Source of the DNA: Patescibacteria group bacterium
GTDB lineage: Bacteria; Patescibacteriota; Patescibacteriia; UBA10025; JAHIVO01
Reading direction: 5' to 3'
Assembly (NCBI GenBank): GCA_028718605.1
Contig: JAQULM010000001.1
Coordinates: 519,006 to 583,005 of the forward strand
DNA length: 64,000 nt
This document shows positions 35,778 through 44,991 of this stretch, one piece after another. The position numbers and the translations under genes were made by a program. The notes under the pieces are model-generated. The model was not told the DNA's origin, did not search any database, and worked only from the letters and a program-made list of their open reading frames with translations. Positions within the stretch are counted from its first letter, which is position 1; the number at the start of each line of letters is the position of its first letter.

Positions 35778-37229
35778 TCAATCTTTCGGGCGGTTGTCGA
35801 TGATGCGCTTTTCCTTCACCTCCGTCTCCATGCCGAGCATTTGCAGAATTTTTTCGAGCTTTTGCTCATGGATATCAACGTTGATAAAGAGCTCGCTATG
35901 GACAGCGCGTTGGATTCTGTGCTTCATTTCGCCCATAGAAACGCCTTCTTTCAGCGCAACATGGAGGAATATCTCATCGATGTCATACGGGTCATCATTG
36001 CGCTTCCGGATTTCCACCTGCCACTCTTCGATCTCTGGAATTGAAGACAGCACCGGATAAAAATTATTGAGGTTGATCAGCTCGCCCTTCACCTTCGTGA
36101 GGCGGAATTCTTTGATTTCCGATGTGCGCTGGATGTCCATGCGGATGCGGGGGACTGTTTTCCCGCAATGCGGGCATGGCTCGTAGTCGATCCCTTCTGT
36201 CATGTCGCCGGTGCGGTACCGCACCACGATCGTGCCGTGCCACCCGAGGCTCGTATACACCAGCTCACCGGGTTCGCCAGGCCCGACGCGCTTCCCGTTT
36301 TTGTCGATGACTTCGAAATATTCGATATCGGGATATAAATGGTACCCGGACAGCTCGTGGCACTGTATCCAGGCGATCTTCGCCTCGGTAAATGCGTACG
36401 TCGAGAGGAATTGGACATCCTTTGCGCCGACCTCGACAAGCAGTTTTTTTACCTTTTCCTTCATGCCGGCGCTCGCCCGTTCCCCGCCGCTGATGACGAA
36501 CTTCAGGTTCGAAAAATCCTTTTTCTGCTTGACTGCCTCGCGGATGAGGTGATACCCGTAGCCGGGGATAAACGCGATGATCCCGATTTTCAAGCGCTCG
36601 ATCGCATCGATGATTTTCTGTGTGCCCATGATCTTGCCGCCGCCTGTCTGAAGTGACGTCATCCCAAGCTTTAAAAATCCATTATACACCTGCCAAAAAG
36701 CCAAGTGCGGAGCGTAGGGAAACGCATTGAGCGCGAAAAGGTCTCGGGATACACCGGCAACATCAAGCATGCGTGCGCCTCCCTCCTGCAGCGTCGCGAC
36801 GTCAGTCGCCGTATACGCAAACGGGGTCGGCAATGCCGTGCGGCCGGTTGTAAAATGCAGATGCACTGGTTTGTATTCATATTCAAGCGCCCGCTTGACG
36901 TCCTGTTTGGTCAGCTTTCCCCAGAGGATCTGCGCCAGTTTTTGCTTGGACGCGTACTGCTTGATTAATTGCTCGTCCGGCTGAAGAATGAATTGCCGCG
37001 TCCTCGCCGGATCATCCGCTGTCGGCGCGATGTCCGCCTTAGTCGTGAAGGGGATTCGCTGCAAGTCATCGGTCGTCCGAATGTCCCCAAACCGAATGTT
37101 ATTTTCTTCAAACAACCGGCGGTAATACGGCGAATAGGGCAGCTCGTGCTGCATAAAGTACGCGAGCCGGCGGTTCTGGCGCTCGAGCAGCTCCGCAGCA
37201 GGTAATTGCGAAAGTTCGGTCCATTTCAT
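35778..37229 (-). CDS. phenylacetate-CoA ligase / coenzyme F390 synthetase-like adenylate-forming enzyme
   Basis: PaaK-family length and motifs (…HFTTGRTALP…, …YRTGD…); 483 aa. Confidence 0.55.
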   Translation of the reverse strand: MKWTELSQLPAAELLERQNRRLAYFMQHELPYSPYYRRLFEENNIRFGDIRTTDDLQRIPFTTKADIAPTADDPARTRQFILQPDEQLIKQYASKQKLAQILWGKLTKQDVKRALEYEYKPVHLHFTTGRTALPTPFAYTATDVATLQEGGARMLDVAGVSRDLFALNAFPYAPHLAFWQVYNGFLKLGMTSLQTGGGKIMGTQKIIDAIERLKIGIIAFIPGYGYHLIREAVKQKKDFSNLKFVISGGERASAGMKEKVKKLLVEVGAKDVQFLSTYAFTEAKIAWIQCHELSGYHLYPDIEYFEVIDKNGKRVGPGEPGELVYTSLGWHGTIVVRYRTGDMTEGIDYEPCPHCGKTVPRIRMDIQRTSEIKEFRLTKVKGELINLNNFYPVLSSIPEIEEWQVEIRKRNDDPYDIDEIFLHVALKEGVSMGEMKHRIQRAVHSELFINVDIHEQKLEKILQMLGMETEVKEKRIIDNRPKD

Positions 37230-37243
37230 AGATATATCATAAA

Positions 37244-37936
37244 TTATAAATGACGGGCATGAATACTTGTCAGATTATCGATCTGCGCCATGATATAATC
37301 AGTCGCTCCATACAGCAGTTCACGATCAACTTTCTTGCCGTAAAACTGGTTGAGCTCAAACGGCTTACCGATATGAATCTCCATCGAATGGGGATTGAGC
37401 AGCACATTTTTTATAACCTGCCGCCGCCGCAATAATCTCGGCAGGTCCGCACGGACCGAAATGTCGTGGACAAGCCCGACCGGCACGATCGGCACTCGGG
37501 ACCAGAGCGCGAGCCGCGCGACGCCGGTTTTTGCGTGATGTTTTGCCGCGCTAAATTCCTGAAGCAGCCCTTCCGGAAAAATGCCGACGACTTTCCCCTT
37601 GCGAAGGTAGTCCTGTGCGATATCAAGGCAAATTTTCGGGTTTTCACGGTAGAACGGGATTGACCCTGCCCACCGCTCCGCGACAATCTTTTCCCAAAAC
37701 CAGCCCCACTTGGCAACATTCGAAACGAAAAAAATTTTATCGTCGATCCGCGGTATGATCACCGCAGCGATAAAAACGCCATCCATGGGCCCCATGTGCT
37801 TGCACGCGATGATGTACGGGCCTTTCAGGGGCACATTTTCAAGCCCCACGGTTTTTCGGATGAAGAACCGTACAAATGGGAACAGCGTTCGTTTTGCTAT
37901 TGGGTACACCATGACACTCTGGCGTCGTTTATACAA
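37244..37936 (-). CDS. lysophospholipid (1-acyl-sn-glycerol-3-phosphate) acyltransferase, PlsC family
   Basis: HxxxxD motif (CKHMGPMDG) and FPEG motif. Confidence 0.65.
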   Translation of the reverse strand: MYKRRQSVMVYPIAKRTLFPFVRFFIRKTVGLENVPLKGPYIIACKHMGPMDGVFIAAVIIPRIDDKIFFVSNVAKWGWFWEKIVAERWAGSIPFYRENPKICLDIAQDYLRKGKVVGIFPEGLLQEFSAAKHHAKTGVARLALWSRVPIVPVGLVHDISVRADLPRLLRRRQVIKNVLLNPHSMEIHIGKPFELNQFYGKKVDRELLYGATDYIMAQIDNLTSIHARHL

Positions 37937-38575
37937 TTAATGACTGTACGACTTGCCACACAGCTGACCAACCGCGGACATTAGTTTTCTTGTTGCCGCA
38001 TCCAGCAGGGATTTGTCAATCGGCTTGCCGCGAAACTCTGCGAGATCAACCGAAGGACCGAACCGCACATCAATCCTCCTGCTGGGGCGGAAAAGGTTGG
38101 CAAGAACCGTGAGAAAGCTGTGCCCGGTTGGATTCACGAGCCCGGCCGGAATCAGCGGAGCGCCGGTTGCGAGCGCCAGCCGAATTGCTCCAGTTTTGCC
38201 CTTTAGCAGTGACGACGGGTCAATATTCCTGGTCGCTTCGGGGAACATCAAAACGATCCCACCTCGGCTGATGATGGCCGTCGCCTCGTCCAGTGTGTCC
38301 CGTTTTCGTTTTGGGTTAATAGGAATGGCGCCAAACCACGAACGGGATATCGCGCCACCGAGCACTACCCACAGAATGTAGCGGGATGGAACGCTGATTG
38401 CCTTGCGGAAACGCCTTATCAGAATATAGGAAAGCGCCGGCCCATCGAGGAAACCGACGTGGTTTGCAGCAACGATAAACGGTGCGGCAGACGGTAGATT
38501 TTCCGCTCCCGTCACCGTACCGAGCTTCAGGGCAATCAAGGGTCCGAGAATTTTCCGCAGCAAACGGTACATCAT
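37937..38575 (-). CDS. PlsC-family acyltransferase (second, tandem)
   Basis: ANHVGFLDG (HxxxxD) and FPEATR motifs. Confidence 0.65.
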   Translation of the reverse strand: MMYRLLRKILGPLIALKLGTVTGAENLPSAAPFIVAANHVGFLDGPALSYILIRRFRKAISVPSRYILWVVLGGAISRSWFGAIPINPKRKRDTLDEATAIISRGGIVLMFPEATRNIDPSSLLKGKTGAIRLALATGAPLIPAGLVNPTGHSFLTVLANLFRPSRRIDVRFGPSVDLAEFRGKPIDKSLLDAATRKLMSAVGQLCGKSYSH

Positions 38576-38596
38576 ATCAAATGGTGAAAAAGGGGG

Positions 38597-40594
38597 CTAT
38601 TTTATTACAAGGCCGATGATAAGTAACGCAACAATATTGAGAATCTTGATCATGGGATTAATCGCCGGGCCCGCGGTATCTTTGTACGGATCGCCGACCG
38701 TATCGCCGGTCACCGCTGCCTGGTGTGCAATTGATCCCTTGCCGCCGTATTCACCCGACTCGATATATTTCTTCGCATTATCCCACGCAGCGCCGCCGGT
38801 TGTCATGGAAATAGCTACGAAAATGCCGGTCACGATGCTGCCGACGAGCAACCCCGAGAGCGCTGCCGGGCCCATGAGCCACCCGACGAGAAACGGAACA
38901 ACGACCGGAATGAGCGCCGGCAGTATCATCTGCTTGATCGCGCCCTTGGTGACGATATCAACGGCGCGGGCATAGTCCGGCTTCGCGGTTCCTTCCATAA
39001 TGCCCTTGATCTCTTTGAACTGGCGCCGGACCTCATGCACGACGTTACCCGCCACCTTGCCGACGGCCTGCATCGCCTGTGCGCCGAAGAAATACGGCAG
39101 CAGCCCGCCGATAAAGAGCCCCACGAGAACTTTCGGATCATCGAGGACGAATGACGTGGCGATGCCGCGATCAGCCAATTCCTGCGTGTATGAAGCGAAT
39201 AAAACCAGCGCTGCGAGGCCTGCTGAACCGATCGCATACCCTTTCGTAACGGCCTTCGTCGTATTCCCGACGGCATCCAGCGGATCGGTTACCGTGCGGA
39301 CATCCTCGGGCATCCCCGCCATTTCTGCGATACCGCCCGCATTATCAGTTATCGGGCCATATGCATCAATAGTGACAATAATCCCGGCGAGCGAGAGCAT
39401 GCTCATAACCGCAATAGCAACCCCGTATATGTCAGCGAACGCATATGCCACTAAAATCCCGCCTGAAATCACAAGGATTGGAAGCGCGGTGGACTTCATG
39501 CTGACGGCAAGCCCTGTAATAATGTTCGTGCCATGCCCCGTAACTGAACTCTTGGCAACTGAGCGGACGGGATTATACTTCGTCGATGTATAGTATTCGG
39601 TGATAATAACAAGGAGTGCCGTGACGACGAGGCCAACGAGCGCTGCGAGGTAAATGCTCATCTCGTCATACTGGCCATTGCCGGCCATAAGCCATTTGGT
39701 GATCGGGTAAAACCCTACGGCTGACAAAACACCAGCAACGATCAAACCGCGGTACAGGGCACCCATGATATTTTGTTTCTTGCCGAGGCGGATAAAGAGC
39801 ACGCCGATAATCGAACTTACAATAGAGAGGCCGCCAATAACGAGCGGGAAAAAAAGCGCATTGCCAAACCCGACAAACGTCAGCGATCCGAGCAGCATCG
39901 TCGCGACTGCTGTGACTGCGTACGTCTCAAAAAGGTCGGCAGCCATACCGGCACAATCACCGACGTTATCACCGACGTTATCAGCGATAACGGCAGGGTT
40001 TCGCGGGTCGTCTTCCGGAATTCCCGCCTCAACCTTGCCGACAAGGTCTGCGCCGACATCAGCCGCCTTCGTATAGATACCGCCGCCTAATCGGGCGAAT
40101 ATTGATATCAAACTTCCGCCAAAGCCCAGGCCGATCAGTGCTTCGATGTCCTTCGTTATCGCATAAAAACCGGCAACTCCCAGCAAGCCGAGGCCGACAA
40201 CGAGGAGGCCGGTAATCGCACCGCCCTTTGCCGACACGTCGAGGGCTTTCGCAAGCCCGCTCCGCGCCGCCTCAGCGGTGCGCACATTTGCCCGCACTGA
40301 AACATTCATGCCGATATACCCGGCCAAGGCCGAGAGTACCGCACCGACGAGAAAACCGAGTGCGGTGGTCATGCCGAGAAAAACCCAGAGTGCCACGCCA
40401 ATAACGATTGCGATAACGCCGACAGTTTTGTACTGGCGGTTCAGGTACGCACGGGCGCCTTCCTGGATCGCTCGTGCGATAGACTGCATTTTTTCGTTGC
40501 CTGTGGGAAGCTTCACGATCCACCGGATGAGGAGCGCGCCGTAAATAATCGCAAGCACAGCTGCCCCAAGTGCGATAATGAGGGGTGTTTCCAT
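38597..40594 (-). CDS. hppA: membrane-bound H+/Na+-translocating pyrophosphatase
   Basis: 665 aa, 16-TM V-PPase with GGG…DNVGDNVGD motifs. Confidence 0.9.
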   Translation of the reverse strand: METPLIIALGAAVLAIIYGALLIRWIVKLPTGNEKMQSIARAIQEGARAYLNRQYKTVGVIAIVIGVALWVFLGMTTALGFLVGAVLSALAGYIGMNVSVRANVRTAEAARSGLAKALDVSAKGGAITGLLVVGLGLLGVAGFYAITKDIEALIGLGFGGSLISIFARLGGGIYTKAADVGADLVGKVEAGIPEDDPRNPAVIADNVGDNVGDCAGMAADLFETYAVTAVATMLLGSLTFVGFGNALFFPLVIGGLSIVSSIIGVLFIRLGKKQNIMGALYRGLIVAGVLSAVGFYPITKWLMAGNGQYDEMSIYLAALVGLVVTALLVIITEYYTSTKYNPVRSVAKSSVTGHGTNIITGLAVSMKSTALPILVISGGILVAYAFADIYGVAIAVMSMLSLAGIIVTIDAYGPITDNAGGIAEMAGMPEDVRTVTDPLDAVGNTTKAVTKGYAIGSAGLAALVLFASYTQELADRGIATSFVLDDPKVLVGLFIGGLLPYFFGAQAMQAVGKVAGNVVHEVRRQFKEIKGIMEGTAKPDYARAVDIVTKGAIKQMILPALIPVVVPFLVGWLMGPAALSGLLVGSIVTGIFVAISMTTGGAAWDNAKKYIESGEYGGKGSIAHQAAVTGDTVGDPYKDTAGPAINPMIKILNIVALLIIGLVIK

Positions 40595-40665
40595 ACGATT
40601 CGTCCTTTGATATTCGTAGATTAAAATTTAAAAGCTCAACGCGGGAATACCGCGTATATGCAAAA

Positions 40666-42060
40666 TTATTGCGTGGGGGTCTCGGTCTTTTCGTCTGCTG
40701 GCGCAGCGGGCGTTTCAGGCTCAGGTTGCGGAATAACCGGCTGCGCTGCCTCCGTGCTTGGAGTACCGGCAACGGTTGCTTCTGCCTGAGCTTGTGCCTG
40801 AGGCGCAGGAGCAGCTTCTCCAGCTTCCGTCTGCGGTACGGCGCCTGCTGCATCTTTCTTGGGCATGGTATCTGATACAATATCAATTTTCCACCCCGAT
40901 AACTTCGCGGAGAGCCGAACGTTCTGGCCGGCCTTGCCGATCGCGAGGGACAGCTGATCTTCCTTCACCTCAACAATCGCTGTTTTCTCGTCCTGGTTCA
41001 ACTTCACCCCCAAAACTTTTGCTGGCGACAGGGAATTGGTGATGAACCGGACTGGATCGTCATCCCATTCAATAATATCGATTTTTTCTCCCCCAACTTC
41101 CGATATGATCGTCTGGACCCGCGAACCGCGCTGGCCGACGCATGAGCCGACCGGATCAATGTTTCGCTGTGTTGTCGCAACGGCAATCTTAGTGCGTGAT
41201 CCCGCCTCGCGGGCGATTGCTTTAATAACGACCGAACCATTGCCGATTTCGGGCACTTCGACGCTGAACAGCTTCGCAACCATCTCCGGATGCGACCGGG
41301 ATAAAATAATTTCCGGCCCTTTCGATGTTTGCGAAACGCCGACTACATAGTACTTGAGCCGCTGCCCCGGCGTGTATCGCTCGTGCGGTATCTGTTCCGG
41401 CGGCGGCAGAAGTGCCGTTGTCTGCCCAAGGTCAATCAAGACCATGCGGCCCTCAACGCGCTGGACAGTCCCATTGATAATTTCATGTTCGCGCTCCTTG
41501 AACTCCTTAAATATTTTCTCGCGCTCCGCTTCACGCAACCGCTGGATGATTACCTGCTTCGCAGTCTGCGCTGCCATCCGGCCATATGCTGCAGGCGGAA
41601 AGAGCTCGGTTTTGATGACATCGCCTTCCGCGGCGCCTTTCTTGACGGCCTGCGCTTCTGTCACGGTAATTTCCGTCTTTGGGTTAAAACGCTCGATCTT
41701 CTCGTCATCGCTCTCCGCGATGTTCTCTGCTTTCTGCCCAGTCGCTTCGGGAGCAGTTTGCGGCGCATCTGCTGTGCCCGTCGTTGCCGCATCCGCTTCT
41801 TCCTGAAGGCGTTTCTCCTCGCGTAATTTCTCGGTGAGAGCGGCCTTTTCGTCTGATACCACTGTTTTAACATCAAAAACACGGGAACCACCGGTAACCA
41901 TATCGAATTCAACCTTGATGTTCTGGTTCTTCTCCCCGAAATCCTTGCGGTACGCGACGGCGAGCGCCGCCTCAATCGTCTCGATGACGGATTCGAGGGT
42001 GATATTTTTCTCCTCACAAATCTGCTTCGCTGCTTGTAAAATCTCATTCTCTCGTGCCAT
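40666..42060 (-). CDS. nusA: transcription termination/antitermination factor NusA (with an acidic/Ala-rich insertion and C-terminal Ala/Pro-rich tail)
   Basis: N-terminal domain, S1 and 2x KH (…GPEIILSRSHP…VGSCVGQRGSRVQ…). Start chosen at MAREN. Confidence 0.85.
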   Translation of the reverse strand: MARENEILQAAKQICEEKNITLESVIETIEAALAVAYRKDFGEKNQNIKVEFDMVTGGSRVFDVKTVVSDEKAALTEKLREEKRLQEEADAATTGTADAPQTAPEATGQKAENIAESDDEKIERFNPKTEITVTEAQAVKKGAAEGDVIKTELFPPAAYGRMAAQTAKQVIIQRLREAEREKIFKEFKEREHEIINGTVQRVEGRMVLIDLGQTTALLPPPEQIPHERYTPGQRLKYYVVGVSQTSKGPEIILSRSHPEMVAKLFSVEVPEIGNGSVVIKAIAREAGSRTKIAVATTQRNIDPVGSCVGQRGSRVQTIISEVGGEKIDIIEWDDDPVRFITNSLSPAKVLGVKLNQDEKTAIVEVKEDQLSLAIGKAGQNVRLSAKLSGWKIDIVSDTMPKKDAAGAVPQTEAGEAAPAPQAQAQAEATVAGTPSTEAAQPVIPQPEPETPAAPADEKTETPTQ

Positions 42061-42160
42061 ATGCGTGGTCACTATTCATTATCAACTGATTAAAAAAAGC
42101 CAGTATACAAATACACTAGCTTACCTGCAGTATAGAATACCCGATTAAAAATGGCAAGGC

Positions 42161-42544
42161 CTACTCGAGGCTCACATTCTTCAGGTGCCGTACTGCGTCC
42201 CCATCAGCACGACGCTCAATGGCGATGACATCGACTCGAACAGCCCCTTGATACCGATGCTGCCGCAGATACGCAGCGATGACGCGCTCGAGCGCCCGCT
42301 TCTTGCGCTCTCCGATAGATTCTTCGGGTGTCCCGAATTTTTTCGACACCCTTACTTTAACTTCCACAAATACAACACATGGCTCATCAGTATCAAACGC
42401 GATAATGTCTGCTTCACCGGCGCGGGCAGACCAGTTTCGTGCGATAACCCAGTACCCCCGGTCCTGAAGGTAGCCAACAGCATACTCCTCGCCCCATTTT
42501 CCGATTCGTTTCCGATGCACGTGCATAAGCGGACGAATGATCAA
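42161..42544 (-). CDS. YraN/UPF0102-family endonuclease
   Basis: GEEYAVGYLQDRGYWVIARNW…GEADIIAF…VFVEVKVR motif. Confidence 0.7.
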   Translation of the reverse strand: MIIRPLMHVHRKRIGKWGEEYAVGYLQDRGYWVIARNWSARAGEADIIAFDTDEPCVVFVEVKVRVSKKFGTPEESIGERKKRALERVIAAYLRQHRYQGAVRVDVIAIERRADGDAVRHLKNVSLE

Positions 42545-42603
42545 TAAAAATTCCCAACAACGGCTCTACGCCGGGGGAAGGTTGCGCGTTGACTGCGTAA
42601 CGG

Positions 42604-43170
42604 CTATGCACGCTCAAATACCAGCGCGTAGTGGTAGGGACTTGCTTCGGATTCGTGCACGAGCTGCAGCCCTGCAGCCCGTGCGGTTTGGACGACGGTT
42701 GCTGACGGGACACAGTGTTCCTGCTTATGGCTAAACTTCCCGCCGCCGGGCTTCCAGTCAACAACGGCGATGCGGCCGTGTCTATCCAGAATGCGCAGTG
42801 CTTCGCGAAACACGTCTCCGTGCTTTGTTGTTTGTGAAAGAAGCTGAACGAGCAAAACAACGTCGACGGATCCTGCAGGAATACGGCGAATCGCGCGGTA
42901 CACTTCGACGTTCGCCCATACCGTCTTGATGTTACTCATCCCATACATCCGCGCTTTGCTCTCAAGTGCAGAGAGCGCGTGTTTTAACACGTCAACCCCA
43001 TAGACAACCCCATCATCACCGACGATCCGCGCTGCGTCGAGGACGAAATACCCCGCGCCGCACCCAAAATCAGCAACGGCCATGCCGTATGAAACGCCAA
43101 CTCGCTTCAGGATATCCCAGGGATTCAAGAATTCATGCCCCGCATGTTGTGTCTTTTTGGGAGTCTTCAT
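42604..43170 (-). CDS. class I SAM-dependent methyltransferase
   Basis: VADFGCGAGY motif I; 188 aa. Confidence 0.6.
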   Translation of the reverse strand: MKTPKKTQHAGHEFLNPWDILKRVGVSYGMAVADFGCGAGYFVLDAARIVGDDGVVYGVDVLKHALSALESKARMYGMSNIKTVWANVEVYRAIRRIPAGSVDVVLLVQLLSQTTKHGDVFREALRILDRHGRIAVVDWKPGGGKFSHKQEHCVPSATVVQTARAAGLQLVHESEASPYHYALVFERA

Positions 43171-43250
43171 ACGTACTCAGTATAGCACAACAAAACCCCT
43201 ATCGCATCTTATGCGGGGCGTGCTTTGACACGGAACGGAAACCCAATTAT

Positions 43251-43892
43251 CTACCGACAAACCGCACGGCGACTCTCAATACACAACCTGATCGGTGCAT
43301 ACGAAGTGCGGTGCTCACGGCATACGCCGTGCCTCTCAATGCTCCGCCGATGCTGCGCGGTGCCATACCCTTTATTCCGGTCAAATTGGTACTGGGGATA
43401 TCGCGTGTGTAACGCATCCATGAGGCGGTCACGGGAAACTTTCGCAATGATTGACGCCGCAGCAATACAAAGCTCCTTCGCGTCTCCCCGAATAATAGCG
43501 TGTGTCGGCGTGCTACCGCATTGGATGCGGAATGCGTCGACGAGCGCCGCGTCGGGCCTCACGGTAAGTTTCAAAATGCTCCCGCGGAGCGCAGCCATGT
43601 TCGCATACTGAATGCCCCGCCGATCAATAACGATTCGGCTGATGACAACAACAGAATATGAAACTGCCACGGAGACGATCTCCTCGTATAATTCTGTACG
43701 CCTCCGGGGCGTCAGCATTTTTGAATCTCGGATTCCCCGGACCATACACCGTCGGGGCAGGATGACGGCAGCGGCTACGATTGGGCCTGCCCATGCGCCG
43801 CGTCCTGCCTCGTCCGTCCCGGCAACCCATCGGCTACCTCGGGCACGGAGCTGCAGTTCTGCTTTCCGCTGTGGCCGTACGTTCTTATTCAT
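43251..43892 (-). CDS. rnhB: ribonuclease HII
   Basis: GTDEAGRGAWAGPIVAAAV catalytic motif. Confidence 0.85.
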   Translation of the reverse strand: MNKNVRPQRKAELQLRARGSRWVAGTDEAGRGAWAGPIVAAAVILPRRCMVRGIRDSKMLTPRRRTELYEEIVSVAVSYSVVVISRIVIDRRGIQYANMAALRGSILKLTVRPDAALVDAFRIQCGSTPTHAIIRGDAKELCIAAASIIAKVSRDRLMDALHTRYPQYQFDRNKGYGTAQHRRSIERHGVCREHRTSYAPIRLCIESRRAVCR

Positions 43893-43924
43893 ACATTGCT
43901 TTCAGTATATACGAAATGCCCAAA

Positions 43925-43955
43925 TAACTAAAAAGGGGCGGTATGACCGCCCCCT
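43925..43955 (-). terminator. rho-independent terminator (minus strand) ending the candidate ncRNA, 33 nt upstream of the rnhB start
   Basis: Minus-strand reading: GGGGGCGGT-cata-CCGCCCC followed by TTTTT. A TATATACT -10-like box for rnhB lies between this hairpin and the rnhB ATG. Confidence 0.5.
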
Positions 43956-44292
43956 TAGTATAATTACTTTTTGAGCGTCAACCGCCCCGCGGCTATTTTC
44001 CTACAGAGCGTCCGCCCTTGCGGGCAGGCACTATGATCTAATGGAGCATAGCCGTTTGGCTTTTTGCGTTGGCTCTCAAAAAGCAATTTTCCTTCACCAC
44101 CTCGTGGTTAAACTCTCGTTCTCATTGCTGAGCGCAAAAGGATAACCTTTTTGTTTTTTTTTGGAAAAACTTTTCCGAACCTGCCAACAACAGGTTCTCT
44201 GGCAGTGAAGAAAGGTTGCTTCCGATATTTCTAGTATTCGAAACAACCTTCCGGCACCGCCACACTGTGCATAACTTGTTAAAATTCATTCT
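43925..44292 (-). ncRNA. candidate ~365-nt non-coding RNA of unknown class, with consensus promoter and intrinsic terminator
   Basis: Minus-strand TTGACA (+44323-44328), 17-nt spacer, TATACT (+44300-44305). No ORF longer than 13 aa. Intrinsic terminator at 43925-43955. No match found to RNase P P4, tmRNA or SRP domain IV motifs. Confidence 0.35.
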
Positions 44293-44415
44293 GAAAACAG
44301 TATAGCATGGTTTTTCATAAATGTCAATAGTCTTTTTCGGCTAATGTTCAACAAAATTCAAAAATTCAAAAAGATACCTGTTTTAACACACCAATGGGTT
44401 TTCCACAGCCAATAG

Positions 44416-44991
44416 TTAGACTTTTTCTATCCGCTTTTTTACGAATTCATACACTTGCTGGAATTCCTCCTCCGGACTCATGCGGGTTGCGTTCAAATAG
44501 AGATCGTAGTGTTGCGGATCGAAAATATCGATGTGGTAATACTTCTGGTACCGAATTTTATCGCTTATAAGGCGTGCCTTCACGCTTCGAAGTACGTCCT
44601 CATAGCTTTTAAGGTTCTGGGCTTCATTGCGTTCGTGAGCTACGCCATCGTGAGTCTGGAGCGCACTCCAGATGCGGCGGGCTCCTTCTTCGTCACTCAC
44701 GTCAAGAAAAATTTTCAATGAATGCCGGATAAAATGAAACGCCGTGCGCCCTTCAATAACAAAATTATCTTCTGCCCTGCCGAGCTCTTCAACCTTTGTA
44801 TCGAATTCACGGTCACACTGACCATGATTCTCGCCCCAACGGAGGAATTCAATTAACGTCATTCCCCGTTGGCGTGCTGCATCTCGAAACATACCGCCGA
44901 CATAGTACCGCTTATACCCCAACACGGCCGCGAGTCTTTTCGCGACCGTGCTTTTTCCAGAACCAGGTTTTCCGCTCAAGCTAACGATCAT
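44416..44991 (-). CDS. cmk: cytidylate kinase
   Basis: MIVSLSGKPGSGKSTVAKRLA P-loop; start set at this Met inside ORF 44416..45072, overlapping the pnp stop by 11 nt. Confidence 0.7.
   Translation of the reverse strand: MIVSLSGKPGSGKSTVAKRLAAVLGYKRYYVGGMFRDAARQRGMTLIEFLRWGENHGQCDREFDTKVEELGRAEDNFVIEGRTAFHFIRHSLKIFLDVSDEEGARRIWSALQTHDGVAHERNEAQNLKSYEDVLRSVKARLISDKIRYQKYYHIDIFDPQHYDLYLNATRMSPEEEFQQVYEFVKKRIEKV

Noticed and set aside
43925-44292. RNase P RNA, tmRNA or SRP RNA identity for the promoter/terminator-delimited transcript
   Set aside because: No P4 helix consensus (GGAAAGTCCGG / ACAGAACCCGGCUUA), no tRNA-like 5'-GGGG…CCACCA-3' ends or tag ORF, and no GGAA-GGAAGCAGCC domain IV arrangement. 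The class is left open.
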